Origin: Macrostomum lignano
Lineage: Eukaryota
Assembly: GCA_002269645.1 (NCBI GenBank)
Contig: NIVC01000459.1
Location: 1-64,000, forward strand
Length of the DNA stretch: 64,000 nucleotides
Direction of reading: 5' to 3'
This document shows, one piece after another, positions 11,615 to 21,000 of this stretch. Position numbers and translations under genes: made by a program. Below the pieces are notes generated by a model. It worked only from the letters and a program-made list of their open reading frames with translations. It did no database searches and had not been told where the DNA came from. How positions within the stretch are numbered: position 1 is the first letter of the stretch; each line of letters starts with the position of its first letter.

Positions 11615-12155
11615 GAGGGTGACAGATTTCCCCGGGTGACATTGTGGGTGACAGATTCCTCCGTGTGACATTGTGGGTGACAGATTCCCCCGTGTGACAT
11701 TGTGGGTGACAGATTCCCCCGTGTGAAATTGTGGGTGACAGATTCCCCCGTGTGAAATTGTGGGTGATAGATTCCACCCCGAGTGACGTTGAGGGTGACA
11801 GATTCCCCCGTGTGACATTGCGGGTGATAGATTCCCCCCGGGTGACGTTGAGGGTGACAGATTACCCCGGTTTACAGATCCCTGGGTGACATTGAGGGTG
11901 ACAGATTCCATAAGAGGGTGACAGATTCCCCCGGTTTACAGATCCCCGGGTGACATTGAGGGCGACAGATTCCCCAGGTTTACAGATTCCCCCGTGTGAC
12001 ATTGAGGGTGACAGATTCCCCCGTGTGACATTGAGGGTGACAGATTCCCCCGGGTGACATTGAGGGTGACAGATTCCCCCGGGTGACATTGAGGGTGACA
12101 GATTCCTCCCAAGTGACATTCAGGTAACTTTGTCCGAGTGACATTGTGGGTGACA
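11615..12155. repeat. ~29-bp minisatellite (GTGACATTGTGGGTGACAGATTCCCCC variants)
   Basis: Tandem units read directly. Confidence 0.88.
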
Positions 12156-12211
12156 CGCTTCCTAAGTGAGCAGTTTCAAATTAAAACGCTTATGAATTAA
12201 CAAATGCATGC

Positions 12212-14808
12212 ATGTCTGACAAGAATCGGAAACGGGACAAGTTGAGTCCCTCAGCTCGCCGGGACAAAGATCGGGACCAGCTAGTGGATCGGCAGAAAGC
12301 TGACAAGCACAAAGACTCGGAGAAGGCACATGGCAACAAAGACGCTAGTAAAGACGGCCGGCCAAGCGTATTCGATCGGCTAGGCTCTCGGTCAGCTGAT
12401 AATGGCGGGCCTACCAGTGCTAAACGACCCAAACAAGAGTTGGATAGAGACGCCGCTTCTGAGGATAAAGAAGCAACAAGCGACAAGCCAAAGGACAAGG
12501 AGAACGACAGAGACGACAAGAAACAACAGCGTCGATCTTTGTCTATTGACGCTTCAACCGACAATGTTGTTGACCAGGGGAGTTCGGAAAAGCCCCAACA
12601 GCGGGTCAGGAAATTCACAGCCTTGAATACCAGCCAGCGCGTGCAGCCGGCTGCTAAACGGCAGCAGCAGCAACAGTCTTCTATTGGCCGGCGGGATAAG
12701 CGTAACTCCGGGAATCGCGGCTCTGCCGCCGCCGCCGCTAGCGTTGGCCTTAATAAGCGGCGCAGTCGGTCCCAATCGGATCGGGCTAGCAAGCATTCTT
12801 CTGCTCGGTCTCGGTCCTCTTCATCGTCGGCTTCAGCCTCCTCAGCGTCTGGCTCGGCATCGGCTAAGTCCAGATCGAAATCCCCGGTTGCTAGCCAGCA
12901 GGTCAGTTCATGTGTATAATTTATAGGTGTACATACTACAAATCTAAGTACAAGTTCTTCTTAGTAGAAAATCCAAATTGTTTGCATCCTATGTTATGGT
13001 GTGCTAAAAGGTCTACAATTATTGGATATGTTAATGGCTTCCAATGCATCCCTTCTCAATGTATCCCCTTCCCAATGCACCCCCTTCCCAATGCACCCCC
13101 TTCCCAATGCACCCCCTTCCCAATGCACCCCCTTCCCAATGCACCCACTTCCCAATGCACCCCCTTCCCAATGCACCCACTTCCCAATGCACCCCCTTCC
13201 CAATGCACCCACTTTCCAATGCACCCCCTTCCCAATGCACCCACTTCCCAATGCACCCCCTTCCCAATGCACCCACTTCCCAATGCACCCCCTTCCCAAT
13301 GCACCCACTTTCCAATGCACCCCCTTCCCAATGCACCCACTTTCCAATGCACCCCCTTCCCAATGCACCCACTTTCCAATGCACCCCCTTCCCAATGCAC
13401 CCACTTCCCAATGCACCCACTTTCCAATGCACCCCCTTCCCAATGCACCCACTTTCCAATGCACCCACTTTCCAATGCACCCCCTTCCCAATGCACCCAC
13501 TTTCCAATGCACCCCCTTCCCAATGCACCCACTTCCCAATGCACCCACTTTCCAATGCACCCCCTTCCCAATGCACCCACTTCCCAATGCACCCACTTTC
13601 CAATGCACCCCCTTCCCAATGCACCCACTTTCCAATGCACCCCCTTCCCAATGCACCCACTTCCCAATGCATCCCCTTTCCAATGCATCCCCTTCCCAAT
13701 GCATCCCCTTCCCAATGCACACGCGGATACGTACGCGGGCACACGCTCACACCGGGTGTACCGCTGCCCTGACTGTCTCATCTTCACGCATGTAGACTCT
13801 CCGCTTTGGGGACTGGCCCTCATAGATGGGAATCCTACTACGACAAGCCCTGCAAAAGCGTGGCCACAATATGATTAATTGCAGGCCTTCAAGCAGAAGC
13901 AACCGCAGCAGCAATCTAATCAGGCCGTCGACCAGGTCGAACTGGCCCGCGAACTGTACAGACGGAAGCTGGCCAACCTGCCGCAGCCGTCGGCAATCAA
14001 GGAGCGTCGTGCCAAGCGGAAAGCTCAACTAGCTGAAGCGGCTGCGGCTGCCTCAGCCAACGGGCCGCTGCCACCGCCCGGCACTAACATCGTACTCGGC
14101 CTGGAGGACGATCTGCCGTCGCAGTCGCGCGGCCACCGCTACAAGTACGCCAACATGCCATTCGCTCCGCCCGGCCGGCGGCGTCTCAATGACGACGAGA
14201 GTCCCGCAGCTGTCGGCGCCGCCGCCGCCGCTGCCGCTAAAGCCGCCGCCGCAGCGGAAGCTGCCCGCCTAGCCGAGCCGTGCATCCTGACTGAGGTACT
14301 GCAGGATCTTGACGATGTTGAGGACGTATCCGACACGGAGCTCACCCTGCCCGAGGAGGAGTGCCGCCTGGCCTCCCTGCTCGGCCCGCCGCCGGCGCCT
14401 CATCGCGGCATCGTTGAAAGCCTCGGCGTCGACTGGAACGTCCTCCGGTCTGCCGGGGCGGCCGCCGCTGGACATCAGCAGCAGCACCAGCTGGAGCATC
14501 AGCACCATCAGCATCAGTACTACTATCAGCGACCTGCCGACCTCCTGCCCGGCCCTGTCCTCTGCCGGCTTGGCGTTTCCAAACGGCTGGCTGGCGATCA
14601 GCTCTACCGGCTCGTGTCCTGCCGGCTGCCCCATCCCGGCCTGCTCAGCGATCGGCCTGCCGCGCACCGATCTCAGCTGGCCCGCCTGCGCGCCAGGGAG
14701 GCGCCGCTGCTTGGCTGCGCCGGGCCGCACGGAGGCGGCGCCCTCAGCGCCCGGGTCGACCTGTCTGTGCGCCGATTCTTGCTGGCTTCGCTAAGCGGAA
14801 CAGCTTGA
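12212..14808 (+). CDS. ZC3H13: ZC3H13/Flacc-like m6A-writer accessory protein, ~537 aa
   Basis: Exons 12212-12901 and 13885-14808 (phase 0). R/D/K/S-rich low-complexity N-half; the C-terminal GVDWNVL...PGPVLCRLGVSKRLAGDQLY...GPHGGGALSARVDLSVRRFL parallels the remembered ZC3H13 C-terminus (DW...PGAVMLRVGISKKLAGSELF...GPCCKALCFRRDSAIRKQL). An additional upstream exon cannot be excluded. Confidence 0.68.
13040..13718. repeat. 16/17-bp minisatellite (CCCTTCCCAATGCACC) in the ZC3H13-like intron
   Basis: Tandem units; source of the 240-320 aa ORFs in all six frames. Confidence 0.95.
13718..13830 (-). mobile_element. SINE-related fragment sharing the central/3' domain of the 60.4-kb SINE
   Basis: CGCGGATACGTACGC...CTCACACCGGGTGTACCGCTGCCCTGACT...GCATGTAGACT...TTGGGGACTGGCC parallels 60397-60520. 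Confidence 0.55.
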
Positions 14809-15194
14809 AATATTGATTGTGTTTGTTTTCTATATTATTTATCTATTTGTTTTGTAATACCTTTTTTGCATTCTCTCAAGTTAGGCCGTCTGAATTGTGT
14901 TCACTTGTGTCTGGCCGAATATGCTGCCTATACAAATGGAATGCAAAATTGGTATAATATATAGCATTTTCCGCTTAAGTTCATCTCTACCTATAAAAAT
15001 CATCATCCTATATACTAAAAATTTATTCTAGCAATACTCAATGACCTCTTTAACCTTTATATAAGACTCCTTGGTTCTAGATCTATTAACTCCTTGGTTT
15101 ATCCTAGGTTACTATTTTAATTTATTGGCTAGTACTAAATTTAGTATATGGTTTCTCTATATTCAAATTCCTGCTCATTTGGTCTGGGTTTCGA

Positions 15195-15740
15195 CCATAG
15201 ACTAAAACTTATACCATCGACCATAGGTTAAACATTGAGTATCAACCATAGACTTACCATAGAACTAAACATAGAATAGCTACCATAGACTAAACATAGA
15301 CCATAGACTAACCATAGAATAGCGACCATAGACTAAACATAGAATAGCGACCATAGACTAAACTTAGACCATCGACCATAGACTAAACTTAGACCATCGA
15401 CCATAGACTAAACTTAGACCATCGACCATACACTAAAAATAAACCATAGACTAAACAATCTACTATATGATATCGACCATAAACTAACCATAGACTATCG
15501 ACCATGGACTAAACCTATACCATCGACCATCGACTATACATAGAATATCGACCATAGACTAAACATAGACCATAGACTAAACAATCTACTATAGGATATC
15601 TACCGTAGACTAAACATAGACCATAGACTAAACAATCTACTATAGGATATCTACCGTAAACTAAACATAGACCATAGACTAAACAATCTACTATAGGATA
15701 TCGACCATAGACTAACCATAGACCATCTACCATCGACTAG
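15195..15740. repeat. Degenerate minisatellite built on ACCATAGACTAAAC
   Basis: Repeated CCATAGACTAA units. Confidence 0.85.
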
Positions 15741-16542
15741 CATAGTCCTCAAGCGTGACTTTTTCATCTATAACGCTGATACTACTTTGGTTCATACGAT
15801 GCAACTTAATTGATAAATGCTATTTATGATGCTAGATGATCGCTGATTAATTTGGTTGATACCTAGTTAAAATTGGTAAGAACTTGTCCTGCTTATATTT
15901 TTTAATTTTCAAATACTTTTTCCTACTATGCTACAATGCATTTGATATATTTAATAATGATTATACATTAATTTATACGAGTAGTCGCATATGAGTATAC
16001 AATACACTATTTTAATAGGGGGAAGAGTTATTATATAGAAAATTTTAGGGGTGTACTCTTGGGTAATTTAGGCAAGGTGAATTGAATAATGTATGTATTG
16101 AAACATTACTATCTGGATATCAATCCTTGTGTAAAGTTTGTTAACAATTTCAATTCCGCTTGGTAACAATGAATTTGATCTCTTTTGCCACTTTAATATT
16201 ATCAATTAAAGTTGTAATTAATTTATTTGTAATAGATGGGTACATATAAATTCTTTGTACTTTACTGTCTATTATGTTACGATTACTTCATGTATAATTT
16301 TGTAAATATCTGGCAGTTATAAAATATTCAAGACAATATATCATTAATAATTCTAGTTAATTGGCGCTGATAAACCGTATTTGTCAGTAAATTCTCCTGT
16401 CACGGGTCTGATTTATTTCAGTTTTTGTATTATCATTTGTTGATAATCAATATTATAAAATAATTTTAGCTTTAATATTAATTAGCCTTGATAATTTGTA
16501 TCATACTGTTGATTTTCTAATTATAAACATTACTATCGGCTT

Positions 16543-16680
16543 GAGTAGTAGTAGTAGTAATAGTAGTAGTATCAGTATCAGTAGTAGTAGTAGCAGTAGT
16601 AGTAGCAGTAGTAGTAGTAGCAGTAGTAGTAGTACTATTAGTAGTAGTAGCAGTAGTAGTAGTAATTGTAGTCGTGGTAG
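16543..16680. repeat. (AGT)n/(AGC)n microsatellite
   Basis: Read directly; explains the poly-Ser ORF 16496-16705. Confidence 0.9.
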
Positions 16681-17004
16681 TATCTTAGTATATCTTAGTA
16701 GTTAAGATACTACTAGGTAGTAGCAAATCTTAAAAGATCGCGTTACTTATTTTTCGTGTTAGTACTCGTAAATATAGGTTTTAAAGGTATATTTCATCGC
16801 ATTAACTGTACCATAAACATTGATGAATTAATTGTCCACATTTTCCACTCACTTTTCAGCTAATTAAAAAATAAACACTCACCGTTCTAGTGTTGTGAAA
16901 AAAATTTGAATAAAATCTAAAAAAACGCCATCAAACAAATAAATTCTGGGTAAGCTAAATTGCTTTTTGTTTCGTTTTTTTGCTAGATTGTTGAAGCTAT
17001 TCCG

Positions 17005-17074
17005 TGATCGTGATGCTTATTGAATACAATAGATACTACTGATATTAGTTGATGTAACTCGGATTCTGATGTAA
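17005..17074 (+). ncRNA. Box C/D RNA candidate, family 2 copy a (U2-complementary guide)
   Basis: C-like GTGATGC 17010-17016; guide ACAATAGATACTA + D' CTGA 17039-17042; C' TGATG; TCGGATT + D CTGA 17066-17069; ~100 nt to the acceptor AG. Confidence 0.72.
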
Positions 17075-17248
17075 CGACTTTAATATTTTTATTTACTACT
17101 TCTGAAATTCGTTTCCGCATCGTTGTGGCAAATTTACTAAAGCTGGTTTCAAACTTATTTTTCTTTTCAGACACCAGGCCTTGTCCGCTCTCGTTATTAA
17201 GAGGTAAACATATAAGCAATCAAAATGTATTAAATATTGAAAGAATAA

Positions 17249-17333
17249 CTAAAATGATGCTTTTTATAAAAAAACAATAGATACTGCTGATTTCCATAAA
17301 AGTAGTCTGATGCAATTCGGATTCTGATTTTTA
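17249..17333 (+). ncRNA. Box C/D RNA candidate, family 2 copy b
   Basis: ATGATGC 17254-17260; ACAATAGATACTG + D' CTGA 17287-17290; C' TGATGC; TTCGGATT + D CTGA 17324-17327; flanks TAAAA/TTTTA can pair; ~100 nt to the acceptor AG. Confidence 0.72.
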
Positions 17334-17514
17334 TGTCTATAACAACTAGAGTATTGTTTTTATTACTTGTCAATTGAAATAATCATGCGCTAATATACGA
17401 AGTAGTCTTTAATTCTGTTTTTTTCAGTAGTCAACAACAGCTGTTAGGCGGCAGGCTATTTTTAACTTTCAAATAAGCTTTTTAGCTGATTATATACGAA
17501 CTGTGTCGCTTTGA

Positions 17515-17922
17515 CTGGGTCTAGCCCCCCCCCCTTTAAGGATCAGGAGAGGGTAGCGCCTTCCCCCAAAAGGATCAGGGAGAGGCTAGCGCCCCCCCCC
17601 TTTAAGGATCAGGAGAGGCTAGCGCCGTCCCCCAAAAAGGATCAGGGAGAGGGTCGCGCCCCCCTTAAGGATCAGGGAGAGGGTAGCGCCGTCCCCCAAA
17701 AAGGATCAGGGAGAGGGTCGCGCCGTCCCCCCTTAAGAATCAGGGAGAGGGTAGCGCCGTCCCCCAAAAAGGATCAGGGAGAGGGTCGCGCCGTCCCCCC
17801 CTTAAGGATCAGGAGAGGGTCGCCCCCCCCCTTAAGGATCAGGAGAGGGTAGCGCCCCCCCCCCTTAAGGATCAGTAGAGGGTAGCGCCGTCCCCCAAAA
17901 AGGATCAGGGAGAGGGTAGCAA
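17515..17922. repeat. ~32-34-bp GC-rich minisatellite (AAGGATCAGGGAGAGGGTAGCGCCGTCCCCC)
   Basis: About 12 tandem units. Confidence 0.88.
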
Positions 17923-18038
17923 AATCTGTTTAAAATCTATTCTAAAAAATGCACAAATAATGTCATAGTGTACTAAATCAATTTTTCTAATTATCTCAGG
18001 TTCCAAAGCGGGCATCTCATTTGGCAGCCAGCCGAGCC

Positions 18039-21000
18039 ATGGTCAGCCCAAGCGACGCCGATCTCCGAGACGAATCGCCAGCCGGCCTAAAAGCCGCCGG
18101 TAATGAGGAATTCCAGCGGGGCAATTTTCAATCGGCTCTGGATATCTATAGTCGGGCATTGGAATCGGGCAGCGATTTGCCAGCCGACCTGTCAATTGCG
18201 CTGCTTAGCAACCGGGCTCAGTGCGCGTTGAAGCTTGGCCAGCCCGAATCGGCCCTGACCGACTGTTCCGCTGTGCTGGAGCGCCGGCCGAACGACCCCA
18301 AGGCGTTGTTTAGACGGGCGTTGGCTTATGAAGCTACGGACAAATTGGCCGACGCTTATAAGGATGCCAGTCAGCTGTTTAAGCAGGACCCCGGCAACAA
18401 GGCTGTGCAGCCCCTGCTGGCTAGGCTGCAGGTGAGTGCTTTGATCTCGGCTATCTTCTACCTGTGACTGCTCCAGTGCTCCTTATTAACAACTTCTTTC
18501 ATTTGTTGTACAACTATCCAGTTTCTGATCCCCAGTTGCTGGGCCAGCCTTCCAGATCCTCAGATGTTGGGCCAGCCTTCCAGATCCTCAGATGTTGGAC
18601 CAGCCTCCCAGATCCTCAGATGCTGGGCCACAGCCTCCCAGATGCTCAGATGTTGGGCTAACCTCCCAGATCCTCAGTTGCTGGACCAGCCTCCCAGATC
18701 CTCAGTTGCTGTGCCAACAGCATCCCAGATCCTCAGTTGCTGGGCCACAGCCTCCCAGATCCTCAGTTGCTGGGCCACAGCCTCCCAGATCCTCAGTTGC
18801 TGGGCCAGCCTCCCAGAGTGTCAGTTGCTGGGCCAGCCTCCCAGAGTGTCAGTTGTTGGGCCAGCCTCTCAGAATGACAGTTGCTGGGCCAGCCTCCCAG
18901 ATCCTTAGTTGCTGGGCCAGCCTCCCAGATCCTCAGTTGCTGGGCCAGCCTTCCAGATCCTCAGTTGCTGGGCCACAGCCTCCCAGATCCTCAGTTGCTG
19001 GGCCACAGCCTCCCAGATCCTCAGTTGCTGGGCCACAGCCTCCCAGATCCTCAGTTGCTGGGCCACAGCCTCCCAGATCCTCAGTTGCTGGGCCACAGCC
19101 TCCCAGATCCTCAGTTGCTGTGCCAACACCATCCCAGATCCTCAGTTGCTGGGCCATAGCCTCTCAGATCCTCTGTTGCTGGGCCAGCCTCCCAGATCCT
19201 CAGTTGCTGGGCCACAGCCTCCCAGATTCTCAGTTGCTGGGCCAGCCTCCCAGAGTGTCAGTTGCTGGGCCAGCCTCCCAGAGTGTCAGTTGTTGGGCCA
19301 GCCTCTCAGAATGACAGTTGCTGGGCCAGCCTCCCAGATCCTTAGTTGCTGGGCCAGCCTCCCAGATCCTCAGTTGCTGGGCCAGCCTCCCAGATCCTCA
19401 GTTGCTGGGCCACAGCCTCCCAGATCCTCAGTTGCTGGGCCACAGCCTCCCAGATCCTCAGTTGCTGGGCCACAGCCTCCCAGATCCTCAGTTGCTGGGC
19501 CACAGCCTCCCAGATCCTCAGTTGCTGGGCCAGCCTCCCAGAGTGTCAGTTGCTGGGCCAGCCTCCCAGAGTGTCAGTTGTTGGGCCAGCCTCTCAGAAT
19601 GACAGTTGCTGGGCCAGCCTCCCAGATCCTTAGTTGCTGGGCCAGCCTCCCAGATCCTCAGTTGCTGGGCCAGCCTTCCAGATCCTCAGTTGCTGGGCCA
19701 CAGCCTCCCAGATCCTCAGTTGCTGGGCCACAGCCTCCCAGATCCTCAGTTGCTGGGCCACAGCCTCCCAGATCCTCAGTTGCTGGGCCACAGCCTCCCA
19801 GATCCTCAGTTGCTGTGCCAACACCATCCCAGATCCTCAGTTGCTGGGCCATAGCCTCTCAGATCCTCTGTTGCTGGGCCAGCCTCCCAGATCCTCAGTT
19901 GCTGGGCCACAGCCTCCCAGATCCTCAGTTGCTGGGCCAGCCTCCCAGAGTGTCAGTTGCTGGGCCAGCCTCCCAGAGTGTCAGTTGTTGGGCCAGCCTC
20001 TCAGAATGACAGTTGCTGGGCCAGCCTCCCAGATCCTTAGTTGCTGGGCCAGCCTCCCAGATCCTCAGTTGCTGGGCCAGCCTCCCAGATCCTCAGTTGC
20101 TGGGCCACAGCCTCCCAGATCCTCAGTTGCTGGGCCACAGCCTCCCAGATCCTCAGTTGCTGGGCCACAGCCTCCCAGATCCTCAGTTGCTGGGCCACAG
20201 CCTCCCAGATCCTCAGTTGCTGTGCCAACACCATCCCAGATCCTCAGTTGCTGGGCCATAGCCTCTCAGATCCTCTGTTGCTGGGCCAGCCTCCCAGATC
20301 CTCAGTTGCTGGGCCACAGCCTCCCAGATCCTCAGTTGCTGGGCCACAGCCTCCCAGATCCTCAGTTGCTGGGCCAGCCTCCCAGATCCTCAGTTGCTGG
20401 GCCACAGCCTCCCAGATCCTCAGTTGCTGGGCCACAGCCTCCCAGATCCTCAGTTGCTGGGCCACAGCCTCCCAGATCCTCAGTTGCTGGGCCACAGCCT
20501 CCCAGATCCTCAGTTGCTGGGCCACAGCCTCCCAGATCCTCAGTTGCTGGGCCACAGCCTCCCAGATCCTCAGTTGCTGGGCCAGCCTCCCAGAGTGTCA
20601 GTTGCTGGGCCAGCCTCCCAGAGTGTCAGTTGTTGGGCCAGCCTCTCAGAATGACAGTTGCTGGGCCAGCTTCCCAGATCCTTAGTTGCTGGGCCAGCCT
20701 CCCAGATCCTCAGTTGCTGGGCCAGCCTTCCAGATCCTCAGTTGCTGGGCCACAGCCTCCCAGATCCTCAGTTGCTGGGCCACAGCCTCCCAGATCCTCA
20801 GTTGCTGGGCCACAGCCTCCCAGATCCTCAGTTGCTGGGCCACAGCCTCCCAGATCCTCAGTTGCTGGGCCACAGCCTCCCAGATCCTCAGTTGCTGTGC
20901 CAACACCATCCCAGATCCTCAGTTGCTGGGCCATAGCCTCTCAGATCCTCTGTTGCTGGGCCAGCCTCCCAGATCCTCAGTTGCTGGGCCACAGCCTCCC

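Larger units (their letters stand above)
16860..17450 (+). ncRNA. Putative non-coding spliced snoRNA-host unit (or UNC-45 5' UTR exons)
   Basis: Acceptor TTTTCAG at 16859, donor GG|GTAAGC at 16950, acceptor CTTTTCAG at 17170, 33-nt exon 17171-17203, donor AG|GTAAAC at 17204, acceptor TTTTTTTCAG at 17427. Both ~222-nt introns hold one C/D candidate; no ORF. Confidence 0.55.

Noticed and set aside
12902-13030. H/ACA snoRNA candidates here, at 1770-1880 and at 6590-6635
   Set aside because: Hairpins and H/ACA boxes are only partial; they cannot be supported by eye without folding and a target search.
12910-13878. PFPMHPLPNA-repeat ORFs
   Set aside because: Intronic 16/17-bp minisatellite; the flanking exons splice around it in phase 0.
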